Origin: Candidatus Poribacteria bacterium
GTDB lineage: Bacteria > Poribacteria > WGA-4E > WGA-3G
Direction of reading: 5' to 3'
DNA length: 64,000 nt
Assembly (NCBI GenBank): GCA_965215265.1
Contig: OZ244048.1
Span: forward strand, 3,968,001-4,032,000
This document shows positions 21,085 through 30,819 of the stretch, piece after piece (the stretch's first letter is position 1; each line of letters starts with the position of its first letter). Made by a program: the position numbers and the translations under genes. The notes beneath the pieces are model-generated. The model had not been told where the DNA came from and made no database searches. It saw nothing but the letters and a program-made list of their open reading frames with translations.

Positions 21085-21921
21085 ATGCCTCAAGAACCTA
21101 CCTGTACCAAACCGATTACACGCTGGAATCAGGCCGAATTGAAACAAGTTGAAGATGTACTTGTTGTTGAAGAACCGCTTGAAATTCGGGTTAGCGAAGA
21201 GAGCTTAATTGTTGTCATGCGGACACCAGGGCACGATTTTGAACTAACTGCAGGGTTTCTGTACACTGAGGGGCTGATAACTTCTAGTAATGATATTGAA
21301 ATCATGGCTTACTGTCAGGACGGCGACGCTGCAGCAATGCCAAATATCGTCAACGTTCACTTGGTTCAAGAATTGGATGTCGGCCCGCCGGCAGGTTGGC
21401 AGCGGAACTTTCACGCAAATGCAAGCTGCGGGCTCTGTGGAAAAATGACAATTGAATCTCTGTACCATCAGGTTCCGCCACTTGTTCGGTGCTGCTGGCA
21501 GATGCAGATTACAACACTTTATCAACTCGCGCATCGGCTGCGGGCCGCACAATCAGTCTTCGAAAAGACAGGCGGGCTCCACGCTGCTGGCCTGTTTGAT
21601 GAAAACGGGGAACTTCTCATTGTCCGGGAAGATATCGGGCGGCATAATGCTGTGGATAAAGTAATAGGCCAGGCGTTATTAGCAGACATGCTTCCCTTGC
21701 ACAGGCACATTTTGATGGTGAGTGGGCGCACCAGTTTCGAGATAGTGCAAAAGGCACTCTTCGCTCGCATTCCGATCGTTGTCGCTGTTTCTGCTGCATC
21801 AACCCTCGCTGTTGAGCTCGCGCAAGCGGGCAATCTTACCTTAATCGGTTTTCTGCGTGGCCAAAGCCTAGCGGTTTATAGCTGCCCCGAACGAATTCGC
21901 ACACCTAGTCTGATGAGCTAA
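21085..21921 (+). CDS. fdhD: Formate dehydrogenase accessory sulfurtransferase FdhD
   Basis: MRTPGHD, SCGLCG, TGGLHAA, EDIGRHNAVDK. Confidence 0.95.
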   Translation: MPQEPTCTKPITRWNQAELKQVEDVLVVEEPLEIRVSEESLIVVMRTPGHDFELTAGFLYTEGLITSSNDIEIMAYCQDGDAAAMPNIVNVHLVQELDVGPPAGWQRNFHANASCGLCGKMTIESLYHQVPPLVRCCWQMQITTLYQLAHRLRAAQSVFEKTGGLHAAGLFDENGELLIVREDIGRHNAVDKVIGQALLADMLPLHRHILMVSGRTSFEIVQKALFARIPIVVAVSAASTLAVELAQAGNLTLIGFLRGQSLAVYSCPERIRTPSLMS

Positions 21922-22230
21922 TCCCATTCTGCGATTAGGGAACAATATTTAAACCGTGCTATCTTTTTTCGCGCACAAGTCTCTATAACAGAAAAGGCCA
22001 AAGAACTCTAGTGCATTGCGTCCTGGAACGTTCATGCCAAATACGTTCGCTTTATCGATACTTATGAGCAAACTGACACTAGAATCCGTAAGCACTCATA
22101 TAGAGACTGGCTTGACCCGCCTGCATGTGAAACTGAATAACAACACGCGGTGTGGTGTACACGGCTCACGGATGTTGGCAGCAGCGGTTCCTGAATTACG
22201 GATTTTCCGATAATAAGGAGTAAATTTTTC

Positions 22231-22518
22231 ATGGGTTTTCTTTTGAGTAGTATCCAGACAGTGGTTAACTTCCTATTTCTCGCCATCGTGGTAGGCACTT
22301 TAGGTATTTCATGGATATACGCGCGGCGGTTGGAAAAACAATACGGTGCGGCTTTTCCGTGGAGTAAAACCGGGGTTATCCTTGGTGTAGAGGTGCTGAT
22401 TTGGATAGGGTTTAACGTTTTCTGGGAATTTTTCAAAGCCAATTGGTTGATAGTTTCCATCATTGGGGCGATTGTTATCGCTGTAGTTCTCTCGCGAAAA
22501 AAGCGGAGACATATCTGA
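22231..22518 (+). CDS. Small three-helix membrane protein
   Basis: TAAGGAG RBS, three hydrophobic segments, basic C-terminus. Confidence 0.75.
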   Translation: MGFLLSSIQTVVNFLFLAIVVGTLGISWIYARRLEKQYGAAFPWSKTGVILGVEVLIWIGFNVFWEFFKANWLIVSIIGAIVIAVVLSRKKRRHI

Positions 22519-22642
22519 TGCCGCTGTGCCTGAGCAGATGCGGTGCTGAACGCGGCATTGCGGCAGCGGCGGGCGAGTTTTTGGAAATCGCAAAGATGGG
22601 CACGCGAGTCTTCACTATTGACTCATCTTAACAAAAAACTAG

Positions 22643-22671
22643 TTGACAATTTCCATCATTCGGTTTATTGT
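22643..22671 (+). promoter_or_regulatory. Candidate promoter inside a degenerate copy of the upstream gene's 3' end
   Basis: TTGACA-N17-TATTGT, ~135 bp upstream of the 22807 gene. Confidence 0.45.
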
Positions 22672-22806
22672 TATTGGTGTGATTCTCTCGCGAAAAAGCA
22701 GAGATATGTCTGAATAAAACCTGCCCGCTCTGTTCAACAAAGTAGAGAGGGACTGAAAAGGACATTGTGCGTTTCTAATGCGCACCTCCCAGAGAAGGAG
22801 ATAGAT

Positions 22807-23859
22807 ATGCCTCGCACAGCAAGAGCCGTTGTCGCACACGGCCAAGATTTTGAGATACGTGAATATCCGGTTCCTGAACCTGCACCGAACACGGTGCTAC
22901 TCCGTCAAGAATTAGCCGGTATCTGTGGTACAGATCTGCATAACTGGCAGAACGGCTTCAAAACTGAAATCCTCTTAGGGCACGAGAACGTCGGGCTCGT
23001 TGAAGCGATTGGTGAAGGTGTAAAAACCGATTATGTCGGTAAACCGATTAAAGAGGGGGACCGGATTATCTTCGCACCTGGTACAAACTACGGTGGTTAC
23101 GGGTTCCAATGGAATCCTGATGAAGCGCCCCATTTCCGTGGCGGTTTCGCGGATTACATGTACCTCTCGTATCCGAATACCTGTTTTATGAAAACGGAAG
23201 CCTCGCCGGAAGTTGCCGTGCTCACTGAGCCTTTCACCGTTGGCGTTCACGCTGCCATGCGCGGTGAGATAAAACTCGGTGATACCGTTGTCGTGCAAGG
23301 ATCCGGGGCTATCGGATTGGTAACGCTTGCCTGCGCGAAGCTAAGCGGCGCAGCAAAGGTGATTGTAGTAGGTGGACCCGCAGGGCGATTGGAACTTGCA
23401 AAACGCCTCGGTGCAGATGTTACAATTGATATTGAGGAAGTTACGTCTGTTGAAGAACGAACTGAGTTAGTTAAAGCGGAAACACCGCGAAATGAAGGGG
23501 CGGACGTTGTATTTGAGTGTGCCGGATTCCTCCCCGCAACACCGGAAGGTTTGGGATATACGCGGCGCAGCGGAACCTTTGTGGAAGTCGGACATTTCGT
23601 GGACATGGGTTCTATTGACTTTAATATCAACCAACTCCTGATGCGCAAAAACCTACGCGTCGAAGCTATCTGGGGCAGCAGTTATGACCATTTTGTTCGC
23701 GGCCTGCCGCTCCTTGAAAACAGCGGCCTGCCTTTCGCTGATATGATTAGCCACCAGTTACCCCTTACACAAGTGGAAGATGGATTTAAGGCACTAAACG
23801 GCGACTATCGCATTAAAGGGGAAACAGCAATTAAGATTGCTGTCCGAGCACACGATTAA
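22807..23859 (+). CDS. Zn-dependent (MDR) alcohol/sugar dehydrogenase
   Basis: GICGTD, LGHE, VQGSGAIG; ATG after AAGGAG. Confidence 0.9.
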   Translation: MPRTARAVVAHGQDFEIREYPVPEPAPNTVLLRQELAGICGTDLHNWQNGFKTEILLGHENVGLVEAIGEGVKTDYVGKPIKEGDRIIFAPGTNYGGYGFQWNPDEAPHFRGGFADYMYLSYPNTCFMKTEASPEVAVLTEPFTVGVHAAMRGEIKLGDTVVVQGSGAIGLVTLACAKLSGAAKVIVVGGPAGRLELAKRLGADVTIDIEEVTSVEERTELVKAETPRNEGADVVFECAGFLPATPEGLGYTRRSGTFVEVGHFVDMGSIDFNINQLLMRKNLRVEAIWGSSYDHFVRGLPLLENSGLPFADMISHQLPLTQVEDGFKALNGDYRIKGETAIKIAVRAHD

Positions 23860-23919
23860 GCCGATTTTACTTCTTAAATTGATCCAAAAAACCCTAGCGA
23901 ATACATAAAGGAGAAAGAA

Positions 23920-24942
23920 TTGATGACAAAAACGTACCGCATTGGCTTCGCTTCACTGGTGCATGATCATGTCTGGGGCGAGCTCCGCCATTGGATGGCA
24001 CATCCGAACGTAGAAATTGTTGCCGCAGGCGATGTTAATGCAGAGCTCCGGACCCAATTCAGCACGGAAACCGGGATTGATAACGTTTACGAGTCTTGGC
24101 AAGAAATGTTAGAAAAAACGGAATTAGACATCGTCCAAGCCGCGGCCGAAAATAACGCCGGGGCCGACATTGTTGAAACCGCTGCAGCGAAAGGGCTCCA
24201 CGTTGTCTCAGAAAAACCGATGGCGGCACGGCTCTCTCAAGCCGACCGGATGCTGCAGGCTGCAGAGCAAGCCGGCACTTTGCTCATGGTAAACTGGCCA
24301 ACGGCGTGGAGCCCGGCGTTAAATACCACGATGAATCTCATCAAAGACGGGGCAATTGGCGACATCTTTTACTTTAAATGGCGTTCAGCGCACAATGGAC
24401 CCATGGAGATTGGCTGTTCCCGCTATTTCTACGAATGGCTTTATGACGAAGAGAAGAATGGTGCCGGCGCTTTGATGGATTACTGCTGTTATTGTGCAGA
24501 TATGTGTGCCTACCTCCTCGGATTACCGCAGCAGGTAACGGCTTTTCGCGGTACGTTCGTCAAAAACTATCCGATTCCGGACGACAATGCCGTTATCCTC
24601 ATGAAATATAGCAATGCGTTTGGAATTACAGAGGCATCCTGGACACAGAAAGTCGGGTATGTTACGCCAAATCCAGTAGTTTACGGCACCGAAGGCGCGT
24701 TGATGGTGAGTGGAAATGAGGTGCATTTGCACCCAGCCGGTGCCGACGCACAAGTCATCATACCCGAGGCCATGCCAGCCGGTTCACGCAACGCAGCGGA
24801 ATACTTCATCCAATGTTTAGAGACAGGGGCACCGATTGAAGGACTGTGTAGCGCAAAGGTTAGCCGCGACGCTCAGGAAATTTTAGAAGCAGGGCTGGTT
24901 TCAGCAGATAGTGGGCAGGTAGTCAACTTACCGATGAACTAG
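23920..24942 (+). CDS. Gfo/Idh/MocA family oxidoreductase
   Basis: SEKPMA, GAGALMDYCCY. Confidence 0.88.
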   Translation: MMTKTYRIGFASLVHDHVWGELRHWMAHPNVEIVAAGDVNAELRTQFSTETGIDNVYESWQEMLEKTELDIVQAAAENNAGADIVETAAAKGLHVVSEKPMAARLSQADRMLQAAEQAGTLLMVNWPTAWSPALNTTMNLIKDGAIGDIFYFKWRSAHNGPMEIGCSRYFYEWLYDEEKNGAGALMDYCCYCADMCAYLLGLPQQVTAFRGTFVKNYPIPDDNAVILMKYSNAFGITEASWTQKVGYVTPNPVVYGTEGALMVSGNEVHLHPAGADAQVIIPEAMPAGSRNAAEYFIQCLETGAPIEGLCSAKVSRDAQEILEAGLVSADSGQVVNLPMN

Positions 24943-25025
24943 AGCCTGTTGGCGTGGATGCTCCAATTTGCACTTAACTTTTTACCAACACTATGCTAAC
25001 CTGCTTTTAAAGAGAGGAAAATCTT

Positions 25026-25784
25026 ATGAGCGATAGAATCCCTATTGCGTTGCAGCTGTATTCTGTTAGAGAAGATTGTGCACGCGATTTATCCCTTACG
25101 CTGCAAGCCGTGGCACAGATGGGGTACGAAGGCGTTGAATTTGCAGGGTATTACGATAGGAGTGCCGAAGAATTACGTGAAATGTGCGACGACTTGAGCC
25201 TAAAAATTGTAGGAACACATACGCAATTGAGTACCCTCCTTGGTGATGAACTCCCCAAAACCGTGAAATTCAACCAGATTCTGGGCAATCCGTATCTCAT
25301 TGTTCCCGGGCTGCCCGAAGAGTACCGGAACTCGCGGCGGGCATGGTTAGATACCGCGAAACTTTTTAACGACATCGCAGAAAAAATAGCAGATGACGGA
25401 ATGTTCACCGGTTACCACAATCATGCAGTCGAATTCACCCCCATGGATGGTGAGTTACCTTGGGATACCTTCTTCGGCAACACCCGAAGTGAGATCGTCA
25501 TGCAAATTGATACCGGCAATGCGCTGCACGGCGGTGCCGATACTGTCCCTTTCCTTGAGCGTTACCCAGGCAGAGCAAAACTGGTGCATCTCAAAGAGTA
25601 TTCGTCGACTAACGATAAGGCACTCATCGGTGAAGGCGAAGTTCCGTGGGACGATGTGTTCCACATTTGCGAAACCACCGGTAGCACCGAGTGGTACATC
25701 GTTGAACAAGAAAGCTACGCCTACCCACCTATTGAATGTGTTGAACGGTGCCTCGAAAATCTACGAAAAATGGGGAAAATTTAG
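25026..25784 (+). CDS. Sugar phosphate isomerase/epimerase (TIM barrel)
   Basis: LQLYSVR, GYHNH, QIDTG, VHLKE, YIVEQE. Confidence 0.88.
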   Translation: MSDRIPIALQLYSVREDCARDLSLTLQAVAQMGYEGVEFAGYYDRSAEELREMCDDLSLKIVGTHTQLSTLLGDELPKTVKFNQILGNPYLIVPGLPEEYRNSRRAWLDTAKLFNDIAEKIADDGMFTGYHNHAVEFTPMDGELPWDTFFGNTRSEIVMQIDTGNALHGGADTVPFLERYPGRAKLVHLKEYSSTNDKALIGEGEVPWDDVFHICETTGSTEWYIVEQESYAYPPIECVERCLENLRKMGKI

Positions 25785-25792
25785 GACTTTGT

Positions 25793-26599
25793 ATGGATTG
25801 GCCGCGTTTTTTCCCTATCGAACACTGTCTAGATAGGGAAAAGTTTTCACCTATCCAGACAAGAGAGACTGATAAGACTCACCCGTGTGTTGACACGCCC
25901 TCTATTGAGACAAGTCTCCTGCTCTGGTGGGAAGACTTCTATCTGCCCGTTTTTGAGTATGTCCTGTCTGAGATGGGTCCGTTGGAAGGCAAAAAGGTCT
26001 TGGAGCTGGGTACAGGCACAGGTGGGACAGCTGCCTTATTGGCGAAACGCGGGGCGACTGTTGTAGGTATTGACCTGTTGCCTTTTCGCCTTGCTGAAGC
26101 GAAGGAGCGGGCAATCCAACACAACGTCGCCAATGCAGTTGATTTCGCGCTCATGGATGCTACCGAACTTGCCTTTCCAGACAACACGTTTGATTTTGTG
26201 ATATCTAAATCCGTGCTTGTCTTTACAGAGCATACACTTGCTGCGCGAGAGTGTAATCGTGTTCTAAAACCGCATGGCAAAGCAATTTTCATTGAAAATA
26301 TGCGGCACCATCCGGCGGTGTGGTTCTATCGGAAAATGTTTCTAAAGTATTCCGACAAACTACGTTACTTTTCACTGCACGACATTGAGGCAGTCGGTGC
26401 CGAATTTGAGAGACTGGAACACCGCGAATTTCACTTCCTTGCCTTGGGGGCGTTATTCTGGCAACGAGGCATCTCTATCCCGCCGTTTTATCGATGGACG
26501 CTCCGCCGCCTCAAATCCTTTGATAGCTATCTGCTCCGGCAGCTTCCAATCCTGAGGCATCTGTGTTGGATTACCGCGATGATCTGCCGTAAGGCATAG
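25793..26599 (+). CDS. Class I SAM-dependent methyltransferase
   Basis: VLELGTGTG, FPDNTFDFV, RVLKPHG; likely ATG at 25793. Confidence 0.85.
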   Translation: MDWPRFFPIEHCLDREKFSPIQTRETDKTHPCVDTPSIETSLLLWWEDFYLPVFEYVLSEMGPLEGKKVLELGTGTGGTAALLAKRGATVVGIDLLPFRLAEAKERAIQHNVANAVDFALMDATELAFPDNTFDFVISKSVLVFTEHTLAARECNRVLKPHGKAIFIENMRHHPAVWFYRKMFLKYSDKLRYFSLHDIEAVGAEFERLEHREFHFLALGALFWQRGISIPPFYRWTLRRLKSFDSYLLRQLPILRHLCWITAMICRKA

Positions 26600-26621
26600 A
26601 TAGAAGAGCAATAGAGAAACG

Positions 26622-26656
26622 AATCGGCTCAGAATAGCTAGAATTCTGAGCCGATT
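26622..26656. terminator. Hairpin between convergent genes
   Basis: Perfect 14-bp stem AATCGGCTCAGAAT/ATTCTGAGCCGATT. Confidence 0.65.
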
Positions 26657-26746
26657 TCAGTTGAGCTGCCTGATTCAGGACAGGATGTCCATTAACGTCT
26701 CTTGAGTTTCCCGATTCTTGTCCTTGTACAGTAATTTATACAATAC

Positions 26747-27580
26747 TTAGCGGTGGTGATACGTTTTTACCTTCGCCCAGGTTGTGGTTAATTTGCCTTC
26801 CGCTTTGACAGCGAGTGCTTTATCGGGGCGTTTACCACTTGCCAAGTCTGCCACCTCGTCTTCACTTAACGCACGATCCCAAATGATGACATCATCAATC
26901 ATTGCATCAAGAAACATATCGTTTCCTTGATTGCCGCCGATTTGCCGGCCTGCGCCAAGTTCTAGCGGCCTATCCTCAAAAAGGTTATAAGGCTCGGGGG
27001 CGGCGTGTGGATTATTTCTGGGACTGGCGGGCATTGTAAGCTTATCCCCATCTGGCGTAACGTAAGCGGTTGCTTCCTTACCGTCTGCAGTTTGGCAGAC
27101 ATGGAACCATTTCTCTGGTTCGATACAATTCTCAATCTGGAACCAATTCTCGGCTCCAGCATTGGTTGTTCCAAAGGTCATGTGGGTGTCTGAGGTAGTC
27201 ACGAGTCGAAAAGTGAAATGCGCGCCCCATCCGACCTTTTCGCCTTTCCAAACCCCGGCGTGGTCCGCCCCATTTCGGACGAAGAGTCAATAGGAGACAG
27301 TATGTGGCCCCTCAACAGCCTTCTCAAGCTCCGGGTTGAACATGATATCCGCTCGTGTCTCTTTACTGCCATCAACGTCGAGTGCTTTGCCAAATCTGCC
27401 TTTATCGACAATTTTGGCACCCTTAAACAATTCACCGTGCACATCACCTATAGCATCTGTTACTTTTCCGTCGTCAAAAGTCCAGCCGGCGACGACACCG
27501 TCGTTCAAGTCTGCTTGTGCAGCAACGGTAATGCCAATTACCAATGCCGTGAAAACAAACGTTGTGATAATAAGTTTCAT
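26747..27580 (-). pseudogene. Secreted LamG-like jellyroll protein interrupted by one in-frame TGA (27287-27289)
   Basis: ORFs 27287..27580 and 26747..27202 share a frame and read ...GPHTVSY*LFVRNG... Signal peptide, GRFGKALD, IDDVIIWDRALS, tail GKLTTTWAKVK. Confidence 0.8.
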
Positions 27581-27700
27581 GAAAATCCTCCTTAAATAAA
27601 TTATTCAAATTTTGTTAGAGACATTCGGACCTGTGCATCAGGGCATTCCTCGGTTTGTGGATAACCTGATTTTTTTTGGCTTATCTCTCAATAGGTTATC

Positions 27701-27789
27701 TTGATAAAATCCAGGCAGCAGTTACCCTGTTCTGTTAACGCACATTATACATATTGTTTTAATTTTTGTCAATTTTTTTTTGAGAAGTT
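27701..27789. repeat. 89-bp direct repeat copy 1, containing minus-strand promoter TTGACA-N17-TATAAT (27744-27772)
   Basis: Identical to 30700-30787 except for one T in a poly-T run. Confidence 0.95.
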
Positions 27790-28099
27790 TAATATGAATA
27801 TTGCCTAAGCAGACGTTCCTCAAAGGCCATCACCTCATCCTGAAGGGCGGGGCCAATCAGCTCGTGAATCAAGGCGTGACTGCTGCCGGCCCGGGGCCTA
27901 GAGACGCTCCTGGTTAACTTGATAAACCGGTTTTTATGTGGTATAATAAAATTAACTTTTTTTAAGAAAGAAAAGGAAAAAGAGGTTTTTAGTGAGATTT
28001 GACAGCGTTGGTTTTCTATTGTATCATAATTAATTGCGGTATAAAAGGAAACCAATCCGCTATAGAAAACGGAAAGAGTGCCATCTCTCCAACAGAATG

Positions 28100-28435
28100 C
28101 CTTCTCAGGCATTTTTCCATCAATCTGCTGACCATGAATTAATGACGCGCGTCCGGATAAAACTTCTCTCACAAGGTATTAACGTTACAGGTTCAACTAT
28201 GGAGGATGGTTTGATATATCCGACAATCAAAGGAATCGCCTACGTTAAATGGAAGGAGTATGCTACTGGTACTGTCAGATATATCAGTGAACTTTTAGCA
28301 ACTGGGGAGGCTGGCAAACGTCTACATAAGATTCGGATCGAAAAAGGAAAATCTCTGACTTCGGAAGATATTCCAGTTGACATAAAGCTGGTTCCTTTTG
28401 AAGAAGGAGGTATCAATCCTTACGTTTTTTGCAGT
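28100..28435 (+). pseudogene. Remnant of an uncharacterised protein family (homolog of 29895-30500)
   Basis: DHELMTRVRIKLL...GLIYP...YVKW...GGINPY aligns with EHELLARVQMKLW...GLVYP...YIEW...GGIDPY; no N-terminus or proper end. Boundaries approximate. Confidence 0.55.
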
Positions 28436-28487
28436 AGCTTTTTAAGACGTGCAGAATATGCCTTCCCTCTGATATTGAGGGTTCCTT

Positions 28488-29780
28488 ATGCATCTCATTT
28501 CTAAGTACAAGGGGTTGTGTACGCTCACAACTCTTTTTTTCGCCTTGCTGATTGCTTCACCGGCCGCCTGGAGCCGCCCTGGGGACAGGTTCGGCTTCAG
28601 CCTCTCCATTGAAGCGAGACAAGTGCTAAAACGCATTCAAACAGAAGGGGCGGCATCTATAGAAAATTCCGCCCCACTCTCCATGGAAGCCAGGCAAATG
28701 CTGGAACGCATTCAAACAGAGATCGACGCGTACGCTGCACAGTTGAAAAACGGCGAAATTGAATTCTCAGTAACACTCCACCAAAAACACGGGGCAGATC
28801 AGACTGTCTCCTTCTTACAATTTTTAGAATCCAGCTGGGACTTCCTGCTACACCCCAAAGAAGCGGAGAAAGCCCCCAGGTATGAGGATATCGGCTATTG
28901 GCATATCACCTACAAGTTCGACAGCAACACCCAACTTTTTGATGTCAAAGCACGGAAAAAACGGGAAATAAACGGAAGCGCTATCTCCATCCGAGCAAAA
29001 GACGGAAGACGATACCGGTCCCGACATCTCTGGCATGAGACACACCACCAATATCTGATACACAAGAAGAAAATCTATGTACGGGACGGTGCAACATGGG
29101 AACCGTATGTAGACACCGGAGAAGGCCCCGTCTTTGACAAAAGGTTCAGTCCTCACTGGTGGACAGGGCTTTCACAAGCAGACACCTTTGAAAAGTTCAT
29201 GCTCCCATACCAACCGGTGGATGTCCACACATACCAACCGGTGGATGTCCAAACCGTTGAAAATGATAGCACCCCTTTTTACTATCTCCAAGAATACAGC
29301 GGCGTAAAAGAAGATGGGTTTGCGGGATGTAGAACGTCCACACGTGAAATCTGGATGAATCCACAGAAAGACTTTCATGTGACTCGAAGAGTGACGTGTC
29401 ATAAGAGTGCTGGGTTTTCACCGTATGAGGGGGCTCTCTGGCCTTTGAAAAAATTGAAATTTCTCAATCAGCCAGAAGAACTTTACGTAGAGGTCCGTTG
29501 TAACATCAAGACGTATCAACTGGCACAGTATGAACCGGGCATCTGGTTCCCTAAAAGCGTTACCTTAGTAGAAAAGAGGTCTGGAATGAGCATGTTTGAC
29601 CTCTTTCCAGACACACCTGTTTCTGAATATCCGCAGTTTGTGCTGTCAATTCTAAGCGACACACGTCTCCCCGAATGGTTCGAAGAAGGGGCATCACCCG
29701 CACCGAGGTTCAAAAGAGGCATGAAGGTGCATCGTGCTGTCTTTAACATCCCGATGTCAATCCCGTACTCAGTGCCATGA
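28488..29780 (+). CDS. Hypothetical secreted protein with internal duplications
   Basis: 430-aa ORF with signal peptide; LSxEARQxLxRIQTE twice; 24-bp tandem repeat at 29206-29253 (YQPVDV x2). Confidence 0.75.
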   Translation: MHLISKYKGLCTLTTLFFALLIASPAAWSRPGDRFGFSLSIEARQVLKRIQTEGAASIENSAPLSMEARQMLERIQTEIDAYAAQLKNGEIEFSVTLHQKHGADQTVSFLQFLESSWDFLLHPKEAEKAPRYEDIGYWHITYKFDSNTQLFDVKARKKREINGSAISIRAKDGRRYRSRHLWHETHHQYLIHKKKIYVRDGATWEPYVDTGEGPVFDKRFSPHWWTGLSQADTFEKFMLPYQPVDVHTYQPVDVQTVENDSTPFYYLQEYSGVKEDGFAGCRTSTREIWMNPQKDFHVTRRVTCHKSAGFSPYEGALWPLKKLKFLNQPEELYVEVRCNIKTYQLAQYEPGIWFPKSVTLVEKRSGMSMFDLFPDTPVSEYPQFVLSILSDTRLPEWFEEGASPAPRFKRGMKVHRAVFNIPMSIPYSVP

Positions 29781-29894
29781 TAAAAGCGGCGAGAAAGGGC
29801 ATTTGAACTCTATGTGTGCACAGTTTATAAATATAGATTTAAACGCCGAAAGCCTCGGCATCTACCGAGGCTTTCAAGAGTCCTTATCATCTTC

Positions 29895-30500
29895 TTACCT
29901 CGGCAAGCCGAGGAATTCATAAGGATCAATCCCACCATCTGGGAGCTCATAGACCGTGAGATGTCGTGGAAAGATACCTCTATGAATATCATCTCCATAC
30001 CGGTTTATTACTAACGGAGATGCGAACTGTCTGACAACATATAATTTACCAGCTGCTTCGACAGAATCCGCCCACTCAATGTAAAACACATCATCCAGAG
30101 CCGGATAAACGAGCCCGTTCTCAAACTTAGCACCAAGGGTACGAATCCTCTGATTCCACAACTTACATCTGGACTCGTGCTAACAACTCGTGCTCCGGAA
30201 GCATCGTCCGCAGCCTTACCTCTCCCCAAACCTCCTCAGCCGTTAGAAAATAATCCTGCGGCACTGCCGGAAATGGACCAAAGCCATACGGTGACTCCTC
30301 ACTGACTGGCACTTCCTCAACCGCGGAGACCGTATCAGAAGACGGGTCGGAAAAGCCAACGGACCCGGTAACATCAGAAGACACGGTTAACCTCTTTAGC
30401 TCATGGGATATTGTTTGCCTATCATCAATTTCCAAGGGCGTTCCCGATGCCCTGGGTATCTGGATATCTTTTGGAACTCCATGTTGGAGAAGGAGGGTTT
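29895..30500 (-). pseudogene. Frameshifted uncharacterised protein gene
   Basis: ORFs 30163..30435 and 29895..30161 join if one T is removed (ATG-T-AAG-TTG), giving RVQMKLWNQ; 5' end degenerate, boundary approximate. Confidence 0.65.
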
Positions 30501-30699
30501 AATTTAGAGACTAAACATCAAGAGGCTCCGACGAGATTTACACAGTCATTGACAATACATCAGGCGTTATCGGGCTGAAATATACAAAAACATTTCACTG
30601 CGGCTGCTCTTCCGTAGTTGTTGCCTCGTCAAGATAAGCAAGCACCTCCAGACGCACAACATGCAGCCGAGATTTTACTGTTCCTTTGAACAGATTACA

Positions 30700-30787
30700 T
30701 TGATAAAATCCAGGCAGCAGTTACCCTGTTCTGTTAACGCACATTATACATATTGTTTTAATTTTTGTCAATTTTTTTTGAGAAGTT
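30700..30787. repeat. 88-bp direct repeat copy 2 (same minus-strand promoter)
   Basis: Matches 27701-27789. Confidence 0.95.
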
Positions 30788-30819
30788 CTAGATCCGTGCT
30801 GCCGGAATGCTATCGGCTG

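Noticed and set aside
22446-22713. DGR template/variable repeat pair
   Set aside because: Mismatches are not adenine-specific, include an indel, and no reverse transcriptase is present in the window.
27287-27289. Genome-wide UGA=Trp code or selenocysteine
   Set aside because: TGA terminates other genes here (e.g. res at 53678, the dehydrogenase at 37642), Trp is encoded by TGG elsewhere, and the position is Trp-like rather than Cys-like.
27789-28172. 127-aa minus-strand ORF as a gene
   Set aside because: It crosses an AT-rich promoter-like tract and overlaps the opposite-strand remnant; only the last ~30 codons look protein-like and I cannot assign them.
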